Positions 11,751-24,799 are shown, numbered from the whole stretch's first letter. The stretch is DNA of 62,879 bases, filler included, from Collodictyon triciliatum (GCA_043381765.1; 13 parts of 13 records of this genome joined end to end with filler, not necessarily neighbours in it); one strand, 5' to 3'. The notes: generated by a model from the letters alone, not told the origin. A program made the numbers and translations.

Positions 11751-14438
11751 TCATTTTTTCTTTCCTCCTTTTTCGGCAACTTGGACCTCTAGCTCGGTCA
11801 ACCGTTGGGCCAGCTTCATCTTGTCTTTTTGGAGCTAAAAGTATCAAAATATTGCCTGGCTAAGTGATATTACAATAGATATGATGTACACAGAAATAAC
11901 TGCATGTATCCAATGAATATAAAACACACACATATAGAGAAAGCTTCCGCATACCTGCTGGAGTGTTTTCTTCAAATCAGCTAGTGCCTTTGTTTTGTTC
12001 TCGATATCCTCTTGAGCCAAGGCGAGGTCCATTTTACATTCCACTAACGAGTCAAGGTATGATGTTTTTTCTTGCAGGGCGGTTTGGACATCTGCTGTCA
12101 ACCGTTTTACTTCCTTGCGCAAAAGCATATCTTGCTCTTTCATTCCTTGCATAGTTTTCGTAAGCTTAATTTTTTCGATATCGTATTCTGCCTCTTCATC
12201 ACTTATGCATGTGCGAGAAACCCCTTCGTCATCGTCAGTTGTCTTTGATAGCATGATGCGATCCAACGTCTTCATGGACCGTTTGCCAACCTTATGAGAG
12301 ATGGACATATCATCTTTTGTTAAAATCTGAATCATTTTTTTCTCTGATTCAGTTATGGTCTGAATCTTGCTCTCCAATTCATTATTTCTGGATTCCAAGG
12401 ACTCTATAATTGTGCGCCTTTCATGAAGTTCATGTGACATGGATGCATTCTGCACTCGAAGGGAGGCAACTACTTCATTTAACTCACGGATGTCACCCTC
12501 ATGTTTCGCTTGAACCTGGTTATGAATATTGGGCTTATTGTTTACTCCAAATTTTCAAGACATCAATCTTTAACTCAACCCTTTTTGAATTTTTTTTTTT
12601 AAAAAAAAAGATAAACAAATTCAGAAGTGGCTCGAAGAAACTAGAATAAAATAAAAAAAGTATTGCTTTTGAGAAATCTTCTGTGAGTTTGTCTCGTTCT
12701 TTTTGAAGTTCCATAATAGTCGCGCGCAATTCTGATACCAAATACTGGTCATTTTCGCTTGATAATTTCTGTGTTGAGAATGATAGAAATGGGTGAGTTT
12801 TATAGCTGGATACTGAGCTGATGAATTCTTCAAATACACCATTACATAGACATAAACAAGAAAATAAATATCACACCCTATCAATGTTTCTTGAAAGTGG
12901 ACCGGTGTGTATGCCTAGTCCAAGTTAAGAGAGAACAAATAAGGAGAGTGCTGCGAATACTTCATTTTAAAATTATAAAAGATATGTGCCATTAATGTGT
13001 ATATATTTTGAAATATGTATCAAACTTCCGCTGATAGAGAAGCGCGTTCTGGATATTCTAATGGGGGTTTTCATATTATTGAGGTGGTGTTGAGAAATAC
13101 AGATGTGAGCAGGAACAATGGCGGCGTGGGCCCACACGAGAAAAAAAAAAGATGAAAAATGCACTATATCCTAGAGAAACCTTCTTGGTTGGTCATCATC
13201 GATGTTGAGCGGGGTGTCCTTTCGTTTCGAAATTAGAAATATCGTTATTTAGATCATGAAATAATTGTTCATTTTAAATACTGACAGCTGTGGATGATAT
13301 ATAATCACCTAGTTATTTATGAGGGTAAAAGTTGTGCATTAGTTGAAATACCTGAAGCCGGACATCAACTGAGTTTCTTGCGGCTCGAGAGCGTGCAGGG
13401 ATGTTTTCGAGTGGGTTGGCCTAAAAAGATGAAAACGGACCGAAAATAGACGATAAATAATTTGGTTACTCATCATCAATTAAGAAAAGCAATCATAAAA
13501 CACCATATATTCCAGTGGAGAACTAAAATATAGAAGTATACTTTTATTGATATCCCAGGAGGAGGTGCTTCATCACTCTTTGTCTGTAAATCGATTTTTT
13601 AATCAATTAAAATAATAAGATATAGTGTTATGATAAAGTCATACCCGCTTTATTTCGCTCAGTTTTGTCACCATGACCTATTGTAATTTTTGTAATGCTT
13701 CTGGATTATGAACGGAGTATATTTGATATGACCAGCTAAATTAAGAATGCGAATAGTTGTGATATCATTCAATTAATCGAACCACATCGTCGTTAAATAA
13801 ATGAGACGCTTGCTAGTGGAGTGATAAGAGACAATAGAATTGTTAAATATAAATGGGTTTGGAATGTTTATCATCATCGAAGGTAGTGAAGAATTATTTA
13901 TTTATTTTTTACATATGCAGTTTGATTATAGGTAATTCAGAGAAGTAGATTTCAAAGTGTATATTCAAGAACTGACTAGAGCTTCATCCAAGTTGGCATC
14001 TTCGTCTCCTGGGTTTGATGAGTGGTTGGAATGTCTGTCATTCTCCTCCTCGGCATATGATATGTATGACATATCACTTACATCACTTGCAGAGTCAGAA
14101 CTATATGAAAAACTTTATCAAGAAAGATGTATCAAGATCAAGACAATTATCGAAAAAAAAAAGGTACTCGGATTCTTCCTTTTCATGGAAACATGTAGTC
14201 TTGATAGTAACCTATTAGAGTGCATGTTTATATGAGCTAATCTGATATATTTCACATAAGAAATACATATGGAGAATAATAGGGTTCATCAGCTTACACT
14301 CAAGTTTGAAAATTTGTGAGAATTTGCACTATCTTCGACCATCAGTACGGTATCTGTTATTTTCTCCTCCTCTTCACAATAATCACTCAGATCCAATGCA
14401 CACGCTCCTAGCTTCCGATGTCCACTTTTTCCAACCAC
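11751..14438 (-). CDS. NT-type C2 domain (EEIG1/EHBP1-like) plus long coiled-coil protein, 5'-truncated
   Basis: Exon VVGKSGHRKLGACALDLSDYCEEEEK.. resembles the NT-C2 G..LDL..Y motif; acidic linker; heptad-rich exons including ORF 11844-12455; ends ..LAQRLTELEVQVAEKGGKKK*. Some internal junctions were not resolved. Confidence 0.7.
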
Positions 14439-14539
14439 CTAAAGAAATTAGCCATATTTTGCGTATGAAAGACATTTCGTGATATGAATGGGAGCTGATA
14501 TTTAACACCTGTTTTATGATATGAAAGGATTTATTATTG

Positions 14540-14650
<111 letters not shown>

Positions 14651-14750
14651 NNNNNNNNNNNNNNNNNNNNNNNNNNNNNNNNNNNNNNNNNNNNTTAATT
14701 AATTAANNNNNNNNNNNNNNNNNNNNNNNNNNNNNNNNNNNNNNNNNNNN

Positions 14751-14853
<103 letters not shown>

Positions 14854-14999
14854 GTCTATCTCTGTTGTAAACCAGCAAAACACATGATTACTTCCAAACT
14901 AAAATTATGTCATAAGGGTCTGATAACTTTGTTATTATTATTATTATTTTCTAGTTGGGCACTTGTAATCAACCGGTGTGCAGTTACAAAGGTACGATA

Positions 15000-16160
15000 G
15001 TGCAGAAGCGATATCACCAGTGGGGTAGATAACGAGCAAGCCATTCTGAAAAGTGCGATTAGATCTTGTATTTTGAGATAAGAGAGGAATGCAAAGGGAA
15101 TAGAGCAGGATAATCGAGTGAAAAAAAATGGAAAGGAGAGAAAGTGCTCTCACACGCAGACGATTCTACCCGAGGTGAATCAAATCCAAAACGCGATTTC
15201 TGGTTGTGTTCGAGGCTGACAGAAGAGCGGAGAAAGTTATCGGGTCGATGAAAGTACGCACATAGCTGTTACTTCTCAAATCGATTCCGACGAGTCCATT
15301 CAACCGTCTATCCCAGACAGGGTTTACATCCTATTTCATTCCACAGGATGAGTCTTTTGAGGAGACAACGGGTCGCTTTCCTTGCGTTTCTTGCTGGGCG
15401 ACTCAGACAAAAAGCGGTACATCGATGTTTGTCTGGTATTATCGGAAGTGGCACTTGACAGTCCCCTGATTTCGGAATCGTGCGCAGCCAGCAGTGGACT
15501 TTGCTCAACCGGAGTATGGATACGCGTTTGTGGTTTTAGAAACATACGCTCCTGCTTGCTCGGACTGTCTCTATTGTGTCAGCTCCAAGATTGGATTCGA
15601 CTTGTGGTGTTTGCTCTTGCTCCTCGGTTCTCGGTGCGACGGGTTGGCGCAGGAAAAACGGACCATCTTTGGTGGGTGCTGGTTCTTGCGTTGCCTTCGC
15701 TTTGGAGTATCCTTTCGGATAAGTGACGAAGACTGCCTTGATGCCTCCTATCTTAACCATATTCACGTCAGTCTGAATGGTTAGTTTAAGGGGGATTTCT
15801 TTCGGGGTTTGGAGATGCGCTGCTCTTGGGTCTTGCGATGTGCGGGTTTGTCCGGTGTTGGCGGTGGATGGCTCGAGTGCGAAGATTCTGAAGAGGAACC
15901 GAGAATTCCTTCCATGTCATCGTCGCTGTCGCTGTATGGGCGTATCTGCTGTGAGTCTTGCGGGCTCAGTTGTTGCCTGGCCTTGGCTTCCTTGACCCGT
16001 TGCTGCTTGTCTGCTTGGCGGTTGTATTCTTTTGCGGGGATTTTACTTGTAGTTAGTTCTTAAAAACTGGCGGACTCTCTTTGAGGATACGCTTTGGACA
16101 CTTCTTTGCCATGACTGTAAACTTTGCAGGGAGCTGGTTCTTGTGACAAAGAAGCTTCAC
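15000..16160 (-). pseudogene. Degenerate copy of a dispersed repeat, possibly retrotransposon ORF1-like
   Basis: The reverse complement of 15916-16157 aligns closely with 51089-51331 but carries a TAA and a 1-nt deletion. Further stops follow downstream; no intron structure. Confidence 0.6.
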
Positions 16161-16804
16161 CACGGCCGTGTCTGTGAAGAAGCCTTTGTCTTTTTGATTA
16201 TTTTTTTTTTTGTGCGGTGCTCAAAGTGCATTTTTTTTATCGCGCTTTATCTTTTCGTTTAGCCTAGGAGCTTTTTGTTGTGTACATACCCTCTCTTCGT
16301 ATCACCTCGAAGTTTATTCCCTACATGACAAGGCTCAATAAACAGAATGAGACAGATTACTCATTTGGAAAGATTCGGATGTGATTATCAAGTTTGCTAT
16401 CAAAGAAACATGCTTATATTTTTTTCTACCCTTTCGCTGAAGGAAAGCTTTTTTTTCTGCGCGTCGATACATGAATGAAACAAAGTGCATGAGTAATCCA
16501 CTTTGCTTCAGGGGTATATACACGTAACATATTGGGACTCTATGTGTGTTTCAAATACAAAAGTATGGCTGTCTCTCGGTTGTACACTAAATTCAAAAGC
16601 GGATAAGCTTTTACAAAATAGCGAAGATATTGGTAATAGATTGATACCTCCAAAGGGAAAGAAACAATTAAGTTTAAAACTTCCAATAAGTGGATGTAAA
16701 AAAATTGCTAAGAAACCCTCTTTGAAGGCTAAAATTGAAAGTACAGCACTGCTCATAAATGTACCATTAAGAGATGAAAATTGATGGTCTCATTTCAGTT
16801 CTGT

Positions 16805-19173
16805 TTATATTGTGATGTTTGGGCGACACGATTCGGGACCATACAGCGACAGGATTTGACTTGCTGGGATTCTTGTCTGCTTCATAGAATCTCTCTCGCG
16901 AACAGTCACTGTTTTGTCCTCTAGGGTCTGATGGTCAATGGTAATGCAATAAGGTGTCCCAATTTCATCATGGCGGCGATAGCGGCGTCCTGCGGCGATA
17001 AATATTACCTTAATACTACCTCTATTATATATATATATATAATCGCGTATGTATATGCTGAGACAGCCGTTATAGTCTTCTTGTTAATTTTATTCGTACT
17101 TGCTTTTGTGGCAAAAATAAATAAATCTGTGCGATGAGAGAGCATAATTGATCAGTGGTATTAGACTTTTAATTATCAAAGTAATTATTTTTGGAAGCGT
17201 ACCAATAGCCCCTTGTGTGTCGTAATCTGTAGAACTGTATTGTGATAACTGGATTGCAAGATTTTGTGCAACATCAGTCATAGGTGATTTCTTAAGGAGA
17301 GGGAAAACAGCGAAACGGTATGGAGAAATAGAAGGATGAAGCTTCAAGACGGTTCTCTCTAATGATTTTTCGACAGAGTATAATTGGTAACATTATCAGT
17401 ATAATTACTATGATTATGGTATTTGCTAATCATAAAATAAGATATATTTAAAATACACACACAAAAAAAATGGCAAAATCGAAGTCCGAATTTAAATTCT
17501 ACAATATCGTATAATCGGTTAAAGTTAAACCTTCCTCGGTTCCTGGGTTTTCGACATGGTAAGCATCGCAAAGGACAGAGAAAATAAGTCTATCAACACC
17601 GACAGAGGGCTCTACGACATGAGGATAGTACTTTTCTTTTGTGACCTATTGAATACCATTTTCATGATGGTGATTAAAAGTAGACAAAAAAAAATGATGG
17701 CATCACGAACTTAAATAAATGCATATAGAATAACCAAAGATGACATATTCATCTAATTGAGCCCTGTAAAAGTCTATATCAATATTACACCATTTACGTA
17801 CCAAATCAGTATATTTCAGGTCTCGGCCTGAATGTTCTCCGTGACTCCTCATGTCGAAATCTCCTCTATGTGCAATCCCCCATAACTCCCCCCATCCAAA
17901 AGGAAATTTATATTCGATGTCATATGCCTCATCTGAGTAATGAGCCAGATCATGTTTTGAGTGCTGTTCATATCACCGAGGAGGATTAACAATTAGCGTG
18001 CTGATTACTAGTTAGAATTTATCTCATTCGATTATGATATACCCGATAAAAAGAGCAAAGCGCCTTGGAATCTTGTATGTATTTACATTTTTTTTCCTTT
18101 GTATGTATTTACATGATTATTAGAGAAAGACCTCATGAATCCGAAGATTTTTCGGCTTCACGCCAAGATCCAAGAGCCAGGAGTAACAGAAATCCTTCCA
18201 GTATTTTATCCTTATAGACCAAATTAACCACGGATATGATTTAATTTCTTGACAAATATGAGTGTTTAGAATGACAAAAAAAAAATGTACAAAAGAAATT
18301 TCCAAAGTCAGGAGCCCATGTGTACCATGTTTTAGCATCGCTTGGTTTTACAAAGAACTCGAGTTCCATCTGCTCGAATTCTCTCATCCTGAAAATGAAA
18401 TTACTGGGGGTAATTTCATTGCGAAAAGCTTTTCCTATTTGTCCAATTCCTGAAAAGGAGGATTATAAGTGGTGTAAGAATTAATCAGACACCAGGTGTA
18501 AATAAATCACATAATATCAACCATTTTTCTTCATCTCCACTAGCCTCCATAATATATTTCTTTGTTGTCATGTAGTGGCAAAGAGGAGAGAAAAACAACG
18601 TTATTCTACCGAATGGAAGCGTTTTGCGGGAAATGCGGATGGCGTGCTCAAAGTTCATAAAAATCCCTTGAGCGGTCTCGGGTCGGAGGTAAACGAGATT
18701 TGCAGAGTTTTCGACAGGTCCCATGTGAGTTTGGAACATTAATTGGAAGGAGTTGACATCTGAATAAAGGCGATGAATGAGGAAAGGAAAGAAAAATTAG
18801 AATAAAATTAATTGCATCATATGATTTCATTGTATCAAACTTATGATATGTTATACGTGTATAATTCTTGATTATTTTATTTATTTCTTTGAATTTATGA
18901 ATTGATGTAGTAAACTTTATCATAAAGTATATCATCTACGAAAGTTTAACTGTTAAAGTGTTCATTCATATCTTAAGACACATAGACACAGTAATAAATA
19001 TATAGTACATAGATATGATTAGCGATATTTAACCTGTCAAATCAACCGACTGGCAATTAGGGCATTTAATTTGATTGTCTTTAATGAATTTGGATAATGC
19101 TTCGTTCGAGTTTTTTGGAAGTTTGCTATCTGGACGATTCGATTTAGCCCATTTTTCCACTAAATGGTCTGCT
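16805..19173 (-). CDS. Glycine-tRNA ligase, alpha2 dimeric type, compact and bacterial-like (probably mitochondrial), 5'-truncated
   Basis: Motifs [85 protein letters not shown] and [20 protein letters not shown]. The junctions checked are GT-AG. Confidence 0.95.
18073..18114 (-). mobile_element. 10-bp tail-only insertion with 16-bp TSD, in a GlyRS intron
   Basis: ttgtatgtatttacat at 18073-18088 and 18099-18114 flanks tttttttcct (aggaaaaaaa on the minus strand). Confidence 0.55.
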
Positions 19174-19663
19174 CTGTTAAGGTGGATGATAAGGTATATT
19201 TCAATACAAAGTCGAATGTGGTATATTCTTATATATACATGGAACCCAATGGCAAGTAATATCAATATTGGTGCCTCAAGATATAATGCTTGTTCAAAGG
19301 AATAACACGTGTGTGATAAATATTTGTCTATTTTTAACATTTATGGTATATACACTTTTAAGATCTAAATAGTGTAAATACATATCAGGTACATCGTACA
19401 TTCGTCACAAAAAAAAAATTGAGTTGGAATTATTTATGTAAGAATTCCGTTTAATAAGAAGATAAAACAAACAAACAAACAAACAAACAAACATACATAC
19501 ATACATACATACATACATACATACATACATACATACATACATACATACATACATACATACATANNNNNNNNNNNNNNNNNNNNNNNNNNNNNNNNNNNNN
19601 NNNNNNNTTAATTAATTAANNNNNNNNNNNNNNNNNNNNNNNNNNNNNNNNNNNNNNNNNNNN

Positions 19664-22600
19664 GAAATCAATCTTTGAAAAATCGCTGGGAGCTAAGCAT
19701 GCATCTGTTGCCTCGACAATCCAGTTTATTGCAAACGTTCATCTTGCCAGCGGAAAGTAAGGATTTCTATTTTTTAGATTTTTTTGCAAAGAATAATTGT
19801 TCATTTCAATTTTTTCACGATGTCTTTTGGTTTATATCTTTCAATTGTATGGATGCTACTTAGGGGCTGTGTTTTTTGCATACATAATTTTAATTACAAA
19901 TATATAATGACTTTTATCTTTTATAGGAAAACTGAGGCCATATCATCACTAAAGCAATCGCTGGATATTTTCATATCTGCCCTGGGTGAAAATCATCCGA
20001 ATGTCGTGGCCTGCTATGAGATGATTGGAGAAATCAGCCATGATTTTAAAGAGTATCTCTTTATAGATTATTTAATTTTTAATTGAAAGGGAATTACATT
20101 TACTCATGCTATCTTAGCTTTAAGGGTGCTCTGGAGGCGTATACAAAGACGCTGGATATTCGCATGAGAACGTTGGGCGAAAAACATGCAGATTATGCGA
20201 CTTCCCTCGAAAATGTTGGCAGAACAAATTTTGAACTGAAAAGGTAAATTCCTGTGTTATTAAAATAAAGTATTTTGATCAAAAACATGTTAAAAATAGC
20301 AAAAAATAATTATAATATGCATTTAGATTGGACCAGGTTGTTGAGTTCTTCCAGAAGGCAGCTGCCATCAGAAAGGAGACAAAGACTGTCATATCACTCA
20401 AAGATGGCTCACAAATTGACAACATTATCCGACTGATGAATGACAAGGAAGAGCATGAAATATTAATCATTCTTTACAAAACACGGATTTATCACTTTAA
20501 AAAGCTTTACTTCGTGGATTATCTTGGAATATGCAACAGCTGTGAGGAAATCGACAAGATTTACAAGGAACTGAAGCAGCATAATGAAGCAGTGGCATTC
20601 TGGACTGATGTGAAAGACAGATTTGCAGATAAACTCGGATGGATTCACCCCAGAACATTAAATTCGTGCGAATACTTGTCCGTCCATTCAAAAGAAATTG
20701 GAATCAACAAAGAGCCTGTCGAGTTTACAAGAGTCAAGGAATTCATCTGTGAAACACTTGATGATGCAAAACTGGATGAGGAATGGAATTGTAAGCAAAT
20801 CATTACATCTTTATTCAGAATTGTGTACATGTCAAAGACTGATGAGAGCAAAGCAAAGGTTGCATCTAATGCAATCACACTTTTGAATTTCATGAATGTT
20901 TTGTTCGCTGGGATGGATTTATCAAACATCAAAATTCCTCATGCAAATCTGAGTAAATCAATCCTTGATGGTGCAAATCTCACTGGTGCCAATTTGGATG
21001 GTGTTGATTTCACAAATTCGATGCTTGGTGATTGTGTTTTTGATAATGCGCATATGAATAATGTGAAATTCGGAATTCCCCATGATAAATTGGAAGGACA
21101 TACAAATTATGTCAGTAGTGTTTGCAATATTCAAGGACCGAATGGTGAAAAATGGTTGGCTTCCGGAAGTGGTGATAAAACAATACGTATTTTGAATGTA
21201 GCCACAGGAAACCAAATCAAAACATTAAATGGACACACAAGAGGAGTCACCAGTTTTCAAGGACCGAATGGTGAAAAATGGTTGGCTTCCGGAAGTAGTG
21301 ATAACACAATACGTATTTGGGATATAGCCTCAGGAAACCAAATCAAAATATTAGAAGGACATACCGATTCTGTCAACAGTGTTTGCAGTATTCAAGGACC
21401 GAATGGTGAAGATTGGTTGGCCTCTGGAAGTTTTGATAATACAATACGTATTTGGGATGCAGTCACAGGAAACCAAATCAAAAAATTAGAAGGACATACC
21501 GATTCTGTTAATAGTGTTTGTATTATTCAAGGACCGAATGGTGAACACTGGCTGGCTTCTGGAAGTTTTGATAATACAATACGTATTTGGGATGTAGCCA
21601 CAGGAAATCAAATTGGAAAATTAAAAGGTCATACATATGCTGTCATGAGTGTTTGCAGTATCCAAGGTCCGAATGGTGAAAATTGGTTGGCTTCTGGAAG
21701 TAATGATAAAATAATATGTATTTGGGATGTAGCCACAGGAAACCAAATCAAAACATTAGAAGGTCATACACGTGAAGTCATAAGTGTTTGCAGTATTCAA
21801 GGACCGAATGGTGAAAAATGGTTGGCTTCTGGAAGTTATGATGGAACAACATGTATTTGGGATGTAGCTACAGGAAACCAAATCAAAATATTTGAAGGGC
21901 ATACAAGAGGTGTCGTGTGTGTTTGCAATATTCTAGGACCGAATGGTGAAATTTGGTTGGCTTCTGGAAGTCATGATTATACAATACGTATCTGGGATGT
22001 AGGCACAGGAAATCATATCAAATCCTTAGAAGGACATATAGAGCATGCCCTTATTGTTTGTAATATTCAAGGACCGAATGGTGAAAAGTGGCTGGCTTCT
22101 GGAGGTCAAGATGATCAAATACAGATTTGGGATGCTGCCACAGGAAACCACATCAAACTGTTAAAAGGGCACTTATGGTCTGTCTATAGTGTTTGCTTCA
22201 TTCAAGGACCGAATGGCGAAAATTGGTTGGCTTCTGGAAGTGGTTATGCAACAATACGTATTTGGGATGTAGCGACAGGAAACCAAATCAAAACATTAGA
22301 AGGTCATACAGATTGGGTCATTTGTATTTGCAGTATTCAAGGACCAAATGGTGAAAAATGGCTGGCTTCTGGAAGAAATGATGGAACAATATGTATTTGG
22401 GATATAGCGACAGGAAACCAAATCAAAACATTAGAAGGGCATACAGAACGTGTCATGAGTATTTGTAGTATTCAAGGACCAAATAGTGATAATTGGTTGG
22501 CTTCTGGAAGTCAAGATAATCAAATACTTGTTTGGGATGTAGCCACAGGAAACCAAACACACAGTCTGCAAAAATCAGAAGTGACCTACACCCAAGGAAA

Positions 22601-22964
22601 ATACCTTGTCAGGAAAGGAAATCCAGATGAAGTCATCGCAGTATTCAACAGAACAAGTGACGCGATGAACATGATTGACACCAACGGAATCCAAGATGCA
22701 AAGACAGTCCAGATTATCGGCCCAAGAAAGCTGCAAGGTGGTAACATCCAAATAAGAAATGTCACAGGATTGAGTCAATTCAACAAATCCCTCCTACTTT
22801 CTATCGGTGCTGCTTCCTTCGATGCGGACTTTGCTGCCCATTGTGAGCAGGGCAAGTTCACCAAGTTCCAGGCTCAAATGTTGGCTGAGTGCTATGAGAA
22901 TGGGTGGGGTGTTGATGAGGACGTTGAGAAGGCGGCTGAGTGGAGACAGAAAGCCACAGCTTAA
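19664..22964 (+). CDS. TPR + pentapeptide + 11x WD40 + Sel1-like protein (NWD/NLR-like sensor), 5'-truncated
   Basis: Three short exons with KLC-like TPRs (LGENHPNVV, LGEKHADYATSLENVG) splice in frame to a 2.6-kb exon (ORF 20328-22964) containing ASNAITLL-pentapeptide repeats, the WD40 array, a GLSQFNKSLLLSIGA motif and a final Sel1-like repeat. Confidence 0.92.
21090..22565 (+). repeat. 11 tandem WD40-coding repeats of 135 bp (one of 126 bp), highly similar at DNA level
   Basis: caaggaccgaatggtgaa..tggttggcttctggaag recurs with a 135-bp period. Confidence 0.95.
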
Positions 22965-24089
22965 CAAGGTAAGTAGTGTAATAAATGCACATTAATATAT
23001 GTTCGTTAATTATATTCATTTTAGATGGAGAGATTCTCTGGGTTTTTTTCAAGCAGGCCACCGCTTTTTTACCACAGAACGCTCCATCAAAACAGAATAA
23101 AACCTTAAAAATGAAGCAGAGCTGGTCGATGTCTGTTGAATCTTTTCTTTTTTCCTTTTTTTCTTTTTCTTTTTCTTTTTCTTTTTCTTTTTCTTTTTCT
23201 TTTTCTTTTTCTTTTTCTTTTTCTTTTTCTTTTTCTTTTTCTTTTTCTTTTTCTCTTTCTTTTTCTTTCTTTTTCTTTCTTTTTCTTTCTTTTTCTTTTA
23301 TTCTGTTAACAAAGAGTTTCCCCTTCCTTGTCTCTCTGTCAGCATGTTTAATTTCAATGAGCGACTAGCCAAACCAGAGAAGTCATTCTTCGCCCAGCCA
23401 TATCACATATCAGCTGTGCTTTGATTATCGCTTTGGATTTCTTGATTCCTTTCTCAGCATGACAGGAATCTTTATTCTTGGCTGTCGCCAAGAAATATCG
23501 CCTTTGATGCAGCATAGATCTAAAGTATCCAACACTCAGCCACTCCCATGTCAAAAGATATCCCGACGAAGCATATAAAAGCCTCGTTTTTATGTTCGTC
23601 TGAAATTCTTTCACGAAAAAAAAAGCGGTACATAAAAGAACGTCCATGATTGCAGAAGCCCACTCTTTGCAATGTGCACGGCAAATAAATGGCAACCGAG
23701 GCGACAATATTTCATCGCTCTAATATGCATATATACGACACCGATGATATATCACAAGACGATTGAATAAGGACTAAGCAAAACTGCGTGTGTAGCTGCT
23801 AATCATTTAGTGTCATGTAAAAATTGAAAAATTGAAAAATTGAAACACGTTAAAAATGAACAAAATGAATAAAAGCAATATTTGAAGTCGCAAAGTTTCC
23901 CTTTGTTGGTAAATCTGCTCGTTCGTAAGGATTCGGAATTCAGCTGGCTACTTGGCTACGTAATGGAACACTTTGCGATAGGCCTGCGCGCAAGGCTCTC
24001 CATTTGCCACTTCCTTATCTTTTCACTTCTCTATTTATCTATTTTTTTTAATGTGCATGCGATGGTGGAGATTTTGGCTTTGGTTTTCT

Positions 24090-24476
24090 AACCATTGTTC
24101 ATATCCAACCTCTCATTAGTCAGAACACCTTCCTTTGAGACAAAGTTCTTCCCAATAACACTTCCACGTCCTAAAGTTATTAATTTCTGGAATGAACTCG
24201 GTGAGAAGGATGTTGTTTGGCCTAATGTATGGAGACAAACACAAGTCAACTTCATGAGACCATCCCTAAGAGTACTCCTCCTGAATATCGTGTGGAAAAA
24301 CCTTCTCACAGGAGAAAGACTCGAGAAGATAACAAAGCAACCATCAACATGTGCTTTCTGTAATAATGACAGAGACTACCTGCTTCACTTTTTCTTTGAA
24401 TGCAGTATTGCAAAACAGGCGTGGAAGCTTGGGATGCGATTGATGTGTGTACCCTCGACCAAATTACACAAACTCA
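24090..24476 (+). mobile_element. Non-LTR retrotransposon (L1/Tx1-like) ORF2 C-terminal zf-RVT fragment
   Basis: W..VW..LLTGERLEK..CAFC..DYLLHFFFECSIAKQAW matches the CCHC zinc-binding region that follows RT in L1/Tx1 elements. Intronless and runs into the scaffold end. Confidence 0.85.
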
Positions 24477-24799
24477 NNNNNNNNNNNNNNNNNNNNNNNN
24501 NNNNNNNNNNNNNNNNNNNNTTAATTAATTAANNNNNNNNNNNNNNNNNNNNNNNNNNNNNNNNNNNNNNNNNNNNTTTGTTTTGTTTTTTTGTTTTGTT
24601 TTTTTTATTTTTTGTTTTTTTTGTTCTTTGTTTTGTTATTTGTTTTGTTCTTTGTTTTGTTCTTTGTTTTGTTCTTTGTTTTGTTCTTTGTTTTGTTCTT
24701 TGTTTTGTTCTTTGTTTTGTTCTTTGTTTTGCTGTTTGAATTGAGATTGGCGAATGGCGGACGAAAGGACAAGCAAATGGTTTGATAGCAACGGCACAC

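Noticed and set aside
16503-16784. 93-aa ORF downstream of GlyRS (also ORF 23354-23707)
   Set aside because: No recognisable motif or splice context; unsupported.
18484-18540. Intronic C/D snoRNA in GlyRS (ATGAAGA..CTGA on the minus strand)
   Set aside because: Imperfect C box, short, no terminal stem and no recognisable guide.
21090-24476. Diversity-generating retroelement acting on the WD40 array
   Set aside because: No template repeat or DGR-type RT is present. Variable codons include TGG, GAG and CGT with no adenine-only pattern, and the nearby RT-related fragment is LINE zf-RVT.
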